Below are positions 8,127 to 17,381 of a stretch of 64,000 nucleotides of DNA, in pieces. A program made the position numbers and the translations under genes. The stretch is from Clostridia bacterium (GTDB lineage: Bacteria > Bacillota > Clostridia > Oscillospirales > CAG-272). The notes beneath the pieces are model-generated. The model saw nothing but the letters and a program-made list of their open reading frames with translations. It had not been told where the DNA came from and did no database searches. Position 1 is the first letter of the stretch. Each line of letters begins with the position of its first letter. Location: assembly GCA_017472285.1 (NCBI GenBank), contig JAFUQQ010000058.1:6637-70636 (forward strand), given 5' to 3'.

Positions 8127-9286
8127 ATGGGAAAAGAATTGACGAAAAGCCAATATCATGCCGATTTTATTCATGATATTATTAAAAAAGAATATCAAGC
8201 GGATGCATTGTATACTCTTGCCAAGGAATGTCAGCATAAAGCGGAGAACATTCGGCGGGAAGGGGAAAATTGTCGGAAACAGGCGGAAGCAAAGGTTCTT
8301 GCAGCAAAACAGCAAATAAATATGAGAAAAATGATTTGAATGCTATCACAAAATACAAAAAAGATGACGGTACATATCCGAAAGAATATGTAAGCATTTA
8401 TGAAACAAAATATCGAAGAATTGCACAACCATTTTTTTCTTTCGGAAGACTAACAGTGATTACATTATTAGCTTTTTTGTTCTCATTACCTTTGACAGTG
8501 TGGATGCTGTATTTTACAATGCAGAAGAATTTAACAGGGGAAGCATTCGTTTTTTTATTTATTGTAGGATTAGTTGGATTTACTGCTCTTTTAACTTTGA
8601 TAATCAATTCTTTCTATATTTTGATTGTTTCCGGTGAGGAAGAAAAATATATTGTTGAAAAGGAAAAAATAGATAAATTTGCAGGTTATCCTTGGAAAGA
8701 AAAATTGTGCATTGAGAATTTGGAATATGCAAAGCAGAAATATGAAGTTTATCAAGAGGAATAGGAAGTTGCTCTTGATGTATATCGGAAATCCGAGGAA
8801 AGAGCCATTATCATAGAAAAACGCGCAAAAAAACTTAAAAATTCGGCGGAACGCTTGAAAAGCGACCAACAAAAAATGTTTGACATGAACGTAATTCCCC
8901 CCGATTACAGAGATTTGAGATGTCTATTTGAATTGTACCGTATTTTTTATAATAATCTGGCAGATACCATGCGCGAAGCAATTGCCATTTATGAAGAACG
9001 TGTATTCCGAGGTATTGTTGTCAAAGGGATATATCAATTGAATAATAAATTCGGTTTGATTTCCGAGTATATTGTCGATGTGAAAGATGAACTTCACAGA
9101 ATCAGCAGAGATACGGATTTTATGAGCGGAGAAATTCAGCGCATCCGAGAAAATCAAGACAACCAGAATGATAAACAAGATCAAATGATCGAAGAAATCC
9201 GTGCCACACGCTATGCCAATGAAGCCGTAAAAGAAAGCCAAGAGCGTTGCGAATGGTATATGAATTATAATTTTTGGAATAAATAA
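8127..9286 (+). pseudogene. disrupted coiled-coil membrane protein gene (one frameshift near 8300-8340 and one in-frame TAG at 8762-8764)
   Basis: ORFs 8127-8339, 8270-8764 and 8855-9286 read as one protein. The last two are in the same frame, and the 90 nt between them are open except for the single TAG. The third piece has no SD. Confidence 0.45.
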
Positions 9287-9290
9287 TAAA

Positions 9291-9326
9291 AAATCCACCG
9301 ATTCGGGTACCTGCGGTAGAGCAGGT
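9291..9326. repeat. left copy of an imperfect inverted repeat bounding the 9.3-17.3 kb block
   Basis: AAATCCACCGA..TACCTGCG..AGCAGGT. The same three blocks (11, 8, 7 nt), in the same order, occur in reverse complement at 17226-17263. Confidence 0.55.
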
Positions 9327-9393
9327 TCACCCGAAGGGCGGCTAAATTCGAAATCAAACGGTGTAACCCAATAAAGTGTTATGCCGTTTTTTG

Positions 9394-9597
9394 TTATTCT
9401 TTGGAAATGAATTCGTGAACAAGTTCAGGTGTGAGTTCCTTGATCTCCGTAATCTTTTTGACCTTGGAAATAAACTTTTCAAGCTCATCCGTTTTCTGCT
9501 TCGTGATGCTGTTGCTCTTGTCTTGCAGTTCATCGTTACGGGAAAGTCTGCAATAGAGATCTTTGACTTTCGTCGAGAATATCTGTGAGCGTTTCAT
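9394..9597 (-). pseudogene. remnant of a large serine recombinase (DUF4368-like C-terminal segment only)
   Basis: The 67-aa ORF ends ...KFISKVKKITEIKELTPELVHEFISKE, matching the conserved C-terminal DUF4368 pattern of Clostridial serine recombinases. There is a stop just upstream and no catalytic domain. Confidence 0.55.
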
Positions 9598-9671
9598 ATT
9601 CGCTTGGCGTTACCTCAATTTTTATCTTTCTTTGAGGCAGACGAATCTCTGAACGGTTTTTGTCCTATTGT

Positions 9672-11450
9672 TTATGTTATATATCCTTCGCTTTGCTTTC
9701 GATACATTTCTGCGTAAACACCATTTTTCTGCATTAACGCTTTATGGTTTCCGTATTCAGCAATCGTTCCATCAACAAAAACAGCAATATGATCTGCAAT
9801 CGTAGATACCGCAAGCCTATGACTCACAAAAATGGTTGTTTTATTTCCTGACATTTGAAAAAAGTTTTGATAAATTTCGGCTTCTGCCTTTGCGTCAAGA
9901 CTCGCCGTTGGCTCATCAAGAATGAGAATGGGTGCGTTTTTGTAAATTGCTCTTGCGATTGCGATTTTTTGTGATTCGCCACCCGATGGTTCGATTCCAT
10001 CTTTTGAAAAGTTCTTTGTGATATAAGTATTCACACCATCGGAGGATGTATCGAACAAAGGTTTCAATCCAATGTCATGAGCGATATTTTCGATCTTTTT
10101 ATGGTCTGTATGATCGTCAAGCGCAATTGCCTCAGCGAATGAAAAGGCAAAATTTTGGAAATCCTGAAAAACAGTTGCTATCAGTTTATAATACTTTTCA
10201 TTGGACATTTGCCAAATATCTTCACCGCCAATCGTGATTTTTCCCGTTGTCGGTTTATAAAATTTACACAAAAGTTTGATAAGCGTCGTTTTTCCGGCAC
10301 CATTTTGACCAACGATCACAAGTTTTTCCCTTGAACCAATCCGAAGATTGATATGATTCAACGTATTTACCTTTGCATTGGGATAAGCAAATGATACATC
10401 TTCAAAACAGATTGTGAGATTATTTTCGTTCTCAAAATCGGCATCAACACAACAATGCTCGCAAGGTGTTATTGTGTTCAAGGATAGTAACTTCTGAAAA
10501 TCTCCAAGATTCAACACTTGCTGATGATACAGTTCCACCTCACCCGCAAGAATTGTGAACATAGAAACAAGTGTTGTCGATGCGGAAAAATACATCGTAA
10601 AATCTGCAATCGAGATTTCGCCGGTCAAGTATCTTTGCGTAAGCAATCCCAAAACAAGCAAGGTTTGGAGAGCAAGTGCAATAGCCATCAAAATGTCAAA
10701 TAAAGCAGAATATCGGAAATCCTTATATTGAAGCGTTAACATCTTCTCTCGGTATTGATTGTTTTTGGCAATAAACCAATTTTCAAGATTGTTGACACGG
10801 ATTTCCTTCTGACCTCCCGCATCGAAATAAGCAACACGGGATAAGTAGTTTCCCTCACGGTCATTTTGAGCATAAAGCAGTCTGACTTTTTTATTGCGGG
10901 AATATCGCAGGAACGAAAATAGCACTTTTAGGGCACTGACAAAAAGAATTGCGGCGAAAATGGTTCCATCCATATTTGCAATAACTGCCGCAAATCCCAC
11001 GATCGTGATGATTCGGGAAAGGATTCGTTGAATGATAGAAAATGTTTTTGTCAATTCGGTTGCCTTGCCGGCAAGCAAAATGATTTCTCGATGTGCAGGA
11101 GATTCCGCATCAAGATAAGAAAGCTTCATGGATATCTTTCCTATTTCGAATCGTATTTTTCTTGCGAAGCGATCCTCGTAAACGGCTTGTTTTACCTTCA
11201 AAAGCTGAAAAACTAAATGAAAAAACAGGAGCAGTATGGCATAAATAAGGATTGCTGTTGCTGTTTTTTCATAAGAGCTTTCCTCGGTTAAGCATTCGAT
11301 GATGTGTTTCGGCATATATACGCCGAGAGCTTGAAAGATTGGATTCAACAAAATATTCGGTATAACAACCCAAAAATAAAGTGGTTCATACCTATAAATA
11401 AGGCTTGCAATCTGATATGCCGATGTTAATTTTTGAATAAATTTTTTCAT
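9672..11450 (-). CDS. ABC transporter ATP-binding/permease protein (type I exporter half-transporter)
   Basis: 592 aa. N-terminal 6-TM domain, Walker A GQNGAGKTT, signature SGGESQKIAIARA, Walker B ILILDEPT. Confidence 0.9.
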   Translation of the reverse strand: MKKFIQKLTSAYQIASLIYRYEPLYFWVVIPNILLNPIFQALGVYMPKHIIECLTEESSYEKTATAILIYAILLLFFHLVFQLLKVKQAVYEDRFARKIRFEIGKISMKLSYLDAESPAHREIILLAGKATELTKTFSIIQRILSRIITIVGFAAVIANMDGTIFAAILFVSALKVLFSFLRYSRNKKVRLLYAQNDREGNYLSRVAYFDAGGQKEIRVNNLENWFIAKNNQYREKMLTLQYKDFRYSALFDILMAIALALQTLLVLGLLTQRYLTGEISIADFTMYFSASTTLVSMFTILAGEVELYHQQVLNLGDFQKLLSLNTITPCEHCCVDADFENENNLTICFEDVSFAYPNAKVNTLNHINLRIGSREKLVIVGQNGAGKTTLIKLLCKFYKPTTGKITIGGEDIWQMSNEKYYKLIATVFQDFQNFAFSFAEAIALDDHTDHKKIENIAHDIGLKPLFDTSSDGVNTYITKNFSKDGIEPSGGESQKIAIARAIYKNAPILILDEPTASLDAKAEAEIYQNFFQMSGNKTTIFVSHRLAVSTIADHIAVFVDGTIAEYGNHKALMQKNGVYAEMYRKQSEGYIT

Positions 11451-11456
11451 GCTTTT

Positions 11457-13328
11457 TTATTTACTAAGAAATTGCTTCAAATCAATCTCGCCGTTTAGCT
11501 GTGCTTGGGAATGCAAAAAGCTTGGATAGGCGAGCAATTTCCTGCGGGCGTTGCCCGCTTCCTTTCGATAATATTTTGCTTGCGATTCGTAAAGCTCGGC
11601 ATAAACACCGTTCTTTTGCAGTAATTCATTATGGGTTCCCGATTCACAAATCACACCGTCTCGGAGAACAAAAATTCGATCACAAAAACGGGTAGAAGAA
11701 AGCCTGTGCGAAATAAAAAATGTCGTTTTCCCCTCTGAGATATCGGAAAAATTTTTGAAAAGCTCATATTCCGCAATCGGATCCAGTGCAGAGGTAGGCT
11801 CGTCCAAAATCAAAAACGAAGCATTTTTGTAAAGTGCACGGGCAAGTGCAAGCTTTTGACCTTCGCCGCCTGAGAAATCAATTCCGTTTTCATCCAATAT
11901 TTTGGAAATGGAAGTAGATACGCCACATTCCAAAGAGGATAGTTTCTGTTTCAGACCGCTCTTTTCTATGCTTCGTTCCAATTTTTTCTCGTCGAAAGGC
12001 TGATCAAATACAATATTTTCTTTCGCAGAATAAGCAAACAGCATAAAATCTTGCAAAACAATGCCGAGATATTCTGTATATTGCGTAATCGGAATATTGC
12101 GAATATCAATGCCATTCAAAGTGATATATCCCTCTGTTGGTTCATATAAACGGCATAAAAGTTTGACGAGCGTTGTTTTTCCCGATCCATTCAGACCGAC
12201 AATTCCTATCTTTTCACCGTTTCGCACAGTAAAATTCAGATTATGCAAGATCTCACGGGGTGTTTCGGGATAAACAAAGGATACGTTGTGAAACGTAATT
12301 TCGACGCTCCGCATATCCATTTCAACGGGAGGTAGAGAACGGCTTTGCGCGATGGTGCTGTGATTTTTCAAATATGTTCTGTAATCTCTAAAAATATCCG
12401 TATATTTCAAAGTTTTATTGATCTTTGCAATATTGTCGAAAAAATCAAGAAGATTAGATGCCAGAAGCGTGGTAGCAGCGAGCAAAACGGTATATTCCGA
12501 AAGAGTGATGTGTGAAGAGTACATTTCAAAGGAAAAATATAAGTACATCGAAACGGTTTGAATGACCGTCATGACGGCAGAGATCATATTCATTCCCATA
12601 CACTTATCAAAAAAGACTTTCATTTTCTTGATTTGTTCTTTCAATGTTGATTGATATTTTTTCTCTAAAAGATCGGAGGCTCCGCCGATTCGTATCTCTT
12701 TTGCGTATTTTAGATCTGTCATTACTGTATAGAGATACGCAAGCTTTCGGTCATGCTCGGTCATATTGTTTTTGAGTTCAAAGTCTATCGCATGGCGTTT
12801 GAAAGAAATGATAACCGACACTGCCGATGTTGCCGTAATAATCAATAGAAAAATGGGACTCAATACAGAAAAGATATATGCAATCCCTGCAAACTGAACG
12901 AAGTAACGCAGAAATTTGCCGAGATCGGAAAGAAGCCACACCGGCTGTGCAAGCATAGACCGTTGTTTCAGATTTAACACGGTTCGATCTTTTGCAAAAT
13001 GATAATTGATATAAATAGCATCATTCATATAATCGCGCTGTGTCAAATCGGATGCATAACGCACGGTGTTATCGTCCCAAAGTGTCAAAACACTTGACAG
13101 GAGGGAGATACCGAGATTGAAAATCACATAGAACAGAATCACCTTTCCGATTTCCCACGCTGTTTTTCCTGTGGTCACTGCATCAATAACAAGTCCAATT
13201 CCAAACACATTTGTGAGTGGCAACAGCGCACGAAAAATATTCTTCAGACTTGTCGTGAGAAAAAGAAGTCTGCTTTTGCTCCATGCATATGTAAGAAGGT
13301 AACATAAATTTTGAAATTTCTTTTTCAC
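11457..13328 (-). CDS. ABC transporter ATP-binding/permease protein (partner half-transporter)
   Basis: 623 aa. Walker A GLNGSGKTT, signature SGGEGQKLALARA, Walker B LILDEPT. Lies 6 nt upstream of the partner gene. Confidence 0.9.
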   Translation of the reverse strand: MKKKFQNLCYLLTYAWSKSRLLFLTTSLKNIFRALLPLTNVFGIGLVIDAVTTGKTAWEIGKVILFYVIFNLGISLLSSVLTLWDDNTVRYASDLTQRDYMNDAIYINYHFAKDRTVLNLKQRSMLAQPVWLLSDLGKFLRYFVQFAGIAYIFSVLSPIFLLIITATSAVSVIISFKRHAIDFELKNNMTEHDRKLAYLYTVMTDLKYAKEIRIGGASDLLEKKYQSTLKEQIKKMKVFFDKCMGMNMISAVMTVIQTVSMYLYFSFEMYSSHITLSEYTVLLAATTLLASNLLDFFDNIAKINKTLKYTDIFRDYRTYLKNHSTIAQSRSLPPVEMDMRSVEITFHNVSFVYPETPREILHNLNFTVRNGEKIGIVGLNGSGKTTLVKLLCRLYEPTEGYITLNGIDIRNIPITQYTEYLGIVLQDFMLFAYSAKENIVFDQPFDEKKLERSIEKSGLKQKLSSLECGVSTSISKILDENGIDFSGGEGQKLALARALYKNASFLILDEPTSALDPIAEYELFKNFSDISEGKTTFFISHRLSSTRFCDRIFVLRDGVICESGTHNELLQKNGVYAELYESQAKYYRKEAGNARRKLLAYPSFLHSQAQLNGEIDLKQFLSK

Positions 13329-13378
13329 GGGAAACTTCCTTTCGTGTTTTTGATTTCATTATAAAGCCCCCAAAATGA

Positions 13379-13446
13379 AAAGTCGAGCAAAAAACAGTTG
13401 CATACGGGAGTTATCCTTTCCGCGCAACTATTTTTTGCTCGACTTT
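13379..13446. promoter_or_regulatory. large palindrome (23-bp arms, 22-bp spacer) in the divergent control region, overlapping the -35 of the + strand promoter (TGgTATACT at 13458-13466)
   Basis: AAAGTCGAGCAAAAAACAGTTGC (13379-13401) versus GCAACTATTTTTTGCTCGACTTT (13424-13446), with 1 mismatch. Confidence 0.55.
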
Positions 13447-13486
13447 CCCTGTGAACGATGGTATACTGTAACTAAGAGGTGATAAT

Positions 13487-14185
13487 ATGTTTGATATCAC
13501 AAAATTTGGCAGATATCTTGCCGCGCTTCGCAAAAAAGCAGATATGACACAAATGGAATTGGCTGACAGACTTTGTGTTACCCGTCAAGCGATTTCAAAA
13601 TATGAGCAAGGAGAAAGCTTCCCGAATGTTTCTATCCTGGTTTTGATTGCGGAAGTATTTCATATTACATTGGACGAACTGATCGGTGCCGGAGATCCGA
13701 CAAATGGCGAAGCAAATATTTTAAAAAGTGTCGCTATCGGAGAATCAACGCCCATAGCGGAAAATATTCGTGACGTGGTCAATCTTGCTCCGCTTTTGAA
13801 ACCAAGTGTTCTGGACAAGCTTTCCGAAAATCTTTCCGAAAAAGGAATTGATATTTCCAATATTGTAAAGCTTGCGGAGTTTTTGAATAGTGAAAGCACG
13901 ATCGAGCTTTTAAAAAATGCTGATTTCGATCAAGCAAGCGATGATTTAATTGAACAGTTACTTCCTTGGATGGATATCCCCGCGCAGTTTACCGTATTTC
14001 AAAAGATCTTGGATGGTGAAATGGATATTCGATTATTAAAACCGCTTGTTGCTCGGGGTGCAATTTATGCTTCGCTCATAGAATATGCGGTGGTTGAAGG
14101 TGCTTTGCCGGCATCGGCATTAGAATTGCTACGCAGCGGTCTTGTAGAACGCTCGAATAAAAACAAATTGTCAGCATGGTGGTGA
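13487..14185 (+). CDS. XRE-type HTH domain protein with a roughly 165-aa helical C-terminal domain
   Basis: N-terminus LAALRKKADMTQMELADRLCVTRQAISKYEQGESFP. GAGG upstream. First gene of a three-gene operon. Confidence 0.8.
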   Translation: MFDITKFGRYLAALRKKADMTQMELADRLCVTRQAISKYEQGESFPNVSILVLIAEVFHITLDELIGAGDPTNGEANILKSVAIGESTPIAENIRDVVNLAPLLKPSVLDKLSENLSEKGIDISNIVKLAEFLNSESTIELLKNADFDQASDDLIEQLLPWMDIPAQFTVFQKILDGEMDIRLLKPLVARGAIYASLIEYAVVEGALPASALELLRSGLVERSNKNKLSAWW

Positions 14186-14189
14186 GTTT

Positions 14190-15653
14190 ATGAAGCTTTC
14201 GATTTTAAGCCTTTCTCCCGATTACAAATATCGATACATCGATCATCACGTCATTGAAGATAGTGGTCTTTCTCGTATTCTTGATTCCGAAACATGGTCA
14301 TTCTTAAAAGCCATTTGTCCGACAGACGAAATATTAGCGCGTCAAAGATTATTTCGTGCCTTGATGGAACCCTTGTTCAGAGAAAAATTTTGTTCCTTTC
14401 ATGGTGCTTTAACCGCGTATCTCCGCTATAATAAGCTACTTGCAGAATCGGAAACAGTATGTGAAGGTCTTTTTCTTTTCGCAAAACATTATCAGTGCTT
14501 TCAAAAGTTGATTGAAACCATCAAAGCGTTTCCTACGACAGACAGCATTTTCATCGAAAGACTTTCCGCATATGCAAATCAAAAGCAACAGGCGTTTCAT
14601 GAATATGAACCGTTGTTTTCCGAATATCAAAGCTTATTGGATGCGATTTCTCACTCTAAGATTCAGGTATCATCAGGACGTGCTCATATTTGCAAAATGA
14701 AGACTGCCGCGCCTTCATCTTCTGTCATCGATGAAATCAAAGCTTGTAAACGCTCCTTCGGATATTCCGAAGATATTTCATCCCCGCAAACCATTCGTAT
14801 GTCGCTCCCGATTTCAGAAACCTTGCATTTGCTTTATTCGGACGAATTTTCTCGACTTATTGAACTCAAAGAAACGCTTCACGGTATGCTCGACAACGAT
14901 GTGTTCTCACTCAAAGAGGAATCTGATTTTTATCTTTCTATTTTGGATCTGGTCGAACGTGCAGAAGAATACGGAATCCCTTGTTCCTTTGCTAATATTT
15001 CTGATCGCAAGCAATATATTGCAAACGACATTTACGATGTTTCACTGCTTGCTAAACGCATACCGAATGGGCAATATGTGTCCAATCACGTATCTTTTAC
15101 GGAAAATGAACATTGTTTTTTCTTGCTCGGTGCAAACGGCGGTGGCAAAACGACATATTTGCGTGCGGTTGCATCCAATTTGATTCTTTTTTTGAGTGGT
15201 TGTCCGATCTTCTGTGAATCAGCGGAAATTTTTCCGTTCGATATGATCTTTACGCATTTTCCCGCAGATGAACATTTTGACCATGGCGGAAGATTATTTG
15301 ATGAGGAATGCCGTGTCCGTGCAATGCTTGATAAGGGCACGGAAAACAGCTTTGTTTTTCTGAATGAAACCTTTACGGGAGCAGATGCGAGAAAGGGATT
15401 ATCGCTTTCTCTTTCATTTATGAGAAGTTTTGCAAAGAAAAACACATTTTGCCTTTTTGTTACGCACTTTTATGAGGTCATGGAATTTGAATTTCCTGCT
15501 CTGTGTGCGGCTGTAAAGGCCGATCACGAAAATCAGCGAACATTCAAAATTGAACGCGGTGTCCGCGAGAAGCGTTCCTATGCAGAGGATATTTTGAAAA
15601 AATATGGATTGGATCGGATTTCACTTACTGAGAAAGGAAAAATAAATGATTAG
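14190..15653 (+). CDS. MutS-related ATPase lacking the mismatch-recognition domain (MutS core/domain V only)
   Basis: P-loop GANGGGKTTYLRAV. FLNETFTGADARKG aligns to the MutS Walker B/GT region. No GxFYE domain-I motif and no Smr domain. Confidence 0.7.
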   Translation: MKLSILSLSPDYKYRYIDHHVIEDSGLSRILDSETWSFLKAICPTDEILARQRLFRALMEPLFREKFCSFHGALTAYLRYNKLLAESETVCEGLFLFAKHYQCFQKLIETIKAFPTTDSIFIERLSAYANQKQQAFHEYEPLFSEYQSLLDAISHSKIQVSSGRAHICKMKTAAPSSSVIDEIKACKRSFGYSEDISSPQTIRMSLPISETLHLLYSDEFSRLIELKETLHGMLDNDVFSLKEESDFYLSILDLVERAEEYGIPCSFANISDRKQYIANDIYDVSLLAKRIPNGQYVSNHVSFTENEHCFFLLGANGGGKTTYLRAVASNLILFLSGCPIFCESAEIFPFDMIFTHFPADEHFDHGGRLFDEECRVRAMLDKGTENSFVFLNETFTGADARKGLSLSLSFMRSFAKKNTFCLFVTHFYEVMEFEFPALCAAVKADHENQRTFKIERGVREKRSYAEDILKKYGLDRISLTEKGKIND

Positions 15654-17130
15654 CCTGCTTTATCGAAATTCTACACCGAAAAAAGCGCCTCCGCTTTCAA
15701 CAGAGGCGTTGGATTCCTTGATGATTGATGATGCAATTTCTCTCGTTATCCCCGAAAATGAAAAAAGAAATCATTTTTTGAAAATTCTTTCTGAACCATT
15801 GATCGACACAGAGGATATTCTGTATCGACAGGATATTTTACGGGATTTTTTGAGTCACCGATTTCTTTTAGCAAATTTATCTGACCTTTTCGGCGCATTT
15901 GTATCCGTTGTATTGGAGTATAACAAAACAAGGCAAAACAATAAACTAACATATCGAAAAGCGGTAGGTTCTTTGATTGATTCGGGCGTATCAACATTGC
16001 AATCCATTTCTGTACTGATACGAGAGTTGTTGCTTTTACTTCAAAAGCTTGATGCAAGTATAGAGGGGCTTCCGATTCACTCGACAGGGCTTCTTGCGCT
16101 TCGCAACCGTTTGCACACCATTGCAAAATCTGATGCTTTCCCAAAACTTCTTTCGATTGCCAAAAAATACGACCGATTCACAGCATTTCATTTACATGCA
16201 GATATTGCATTTGACTTGGGTGAAAACGCACAGCTGACAGAAATTCGGTTATTATCGTCAGTAGAAGAAATGCCTGTTTCAAAACCACAAAAAGAGCCCA
16301 AAAAATTGCATCTTTTCAAAAAACGTGATTCTGATGATAGAACGGAAACACAAGAGGCTGTTATTCCGCTGAATTACAACTCCTTTACAACGGAAAAAAT
16401 CGTTGGACAGAGTATTTCAGATATTACAGATGCTATGATTGATGTTGCGAATCAAATCTTATCTGAGTTTATGGGAATCAAAGATGACTTATTGTTTTAT
16501 GAAACTGCTTGCCGTATTTTAGATAAACTGAAAGAATTAGAAACACCTTATGTTTTTCCGTTGTTTGGCAATCAAACAGAAATATTGGATTTGTATGATT
16601 TGTTTTTACTTTTCCGTAGCCCCGATGAAACAAATGTGATTCCAAATGATTTTTCCCTTTTTCAAAATATAGGCGGCATGTTGATACGCGGTGACAACGG
16701 TAGTGGAAAAACCGTTTATCTTCGCTCTGTTACCACTGCCTATCTGTTTGCCCAAGCAGGTTTGCCTGTTCTTGCAAGGAAAGCCTTTATCGTTCCCATC
16801 TGTGCTTTGCACATACTGATGGCATCGTCAGAAAATACATTGGATATCCTCGGTAATGCCGGACGTTTTGAAGAGGAAGTTATTAAAATTTCGGAAATCG
16901 TTAATCACCCCATGAGCGGTGCGATGGTTATGCTCAACGAATTTTTTCAAACCACTTCCTATGCGGAAGGCGCACAAAGCCTCTACCATATCTTGCAATA
17001 CTTATCCGCACAACACATGCGTTGGATATGTGTTACACATCTGCTTGATCTCTTTGATTTGTATCGCAATGAAGTAAACGTAACAAAAATTGAAATTCAA
17101 AATCATAAAGCTAAATTATTTACCTCCTGA
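15646..17130 (+). CDS. MutS-related ATPase paralogue (domain V only), translationally coupled to the previous gene
   Basis: Start overlaps the upstream stop (ATGATTAG). P-loop GDNGSGKTVYLRSV. MLNEFFQTTSYAEG. Confidence 0.7.
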   Translation: MISLLYRNSTPKKAPPLSTEALDSLMIDDAISLVIPENEKRNHFLKILSEPLIDTEDILYRQDILRDFLSHRFLLANLSDLFGAFVSVVLEYNKTRQNNKLTYRKAVGSLIDSGVSTLQSISVLIRELLLLLQKLDASIEGLPIHSTGLLALRNRLHTIAKSDAFPKLLSIAKKYDRFTAFHLHADIAFDLGENAQLTEIRLLSSVEEMPVSKPQKEPKKLHLFKKRDSDDRTETQEAVIPLNYNSFTTEKIVGQSISDITDAMIDVANQILSEFMGIKDDLLFYETACRILDKLKELETPYVFPLFGNQTEILDLYDLFLLFRSPDETNVIPNDFSLFQNIGGMLIRGDNGSGKTVYLRSVTTAYLFAQAGLPVLARKAFIVPICALHILMASSENTLDILGNAGRFEEEVIKISEIVNHPMSGAMVMLNEFFQTTSYAEGAQSLYHILQYLSAQHMRWICVTHLLDLFDLYRNEVNVTKIEIQNHKAKLFTS

Positions 17131-17176
17131 AAAGCAGTAAGGGCGCGATGTTAAACGCGCCCTTACTGCTTTTCAG
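17131..17176 (+). terminator. rho-independent terminator
   Basis: 17-bp perfect stem AAAGCAGTAAGGGCGCG/CGCGCCCTTACTGCTTT followed by TTTCAGGTTTT. Confidence 0.85.
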
Positions 17177-17225
17177 GTTTTATTGAAAAATTATTTCATG
17201 TTCAACGATTTTTAGATAGCAAAAA

Positions 17226-17263
17226 GGTACCTGCTTTATCGCAGGTACTCTTTCGGTGGATTT
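17226..17263. repeat. right copy (inverted) of the repeat at 9291-9326
   Basis: The reverse complement reads AAATCCACCGAAAGAGTACCTGCGATAAAGCAGGTACC. Contains its own hairpin GTACCTGC/GCAGGTAC. Confidence 0.55.
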
Positions 17264-17280
17264 ATTCTATCTGTCAAAAA

Positions 17281-17362
17281 CTCTGCCAAAATTTGCGGAG
17301 GCACCACAGAGAAAAGTTTTTGAAAGGGGTTCGGGGGAAACTTTTTTTAAAAAGTTCCCCCC
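17281..17362. repeat. intergenic palindromic repeat, copy 2
   Basis: AAAAGTTTTTGAAAGGGGTTCGGGGGAAACTTTTTTTAAAAAGTTCCCC is nearly identical to 5680-5734. The upstream CTCTGCC..AAA module resembles 5559-5575. Confidence 0.7.
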
Positions 17363-17381
17363 GACGTACTCCTGAAGTACC

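Noticed and set aside
8762-8764. In-frame TAG, considered as programmed read-through or pyrrolysine.
   Set aside because: It is a single occurrence. No pyl genes or PYLIS-like context are visible in the window, and the same gene also carries a frameshift. Pseudogenisation or sequencing error is the simpler explanation.
9376-9588. The + strand 70-aa ORF opposite the recombinase remnant.
   Set aside because: No SD and no motifs. The minus-strand frame matches a conserved recombinase C-terminal pattern.
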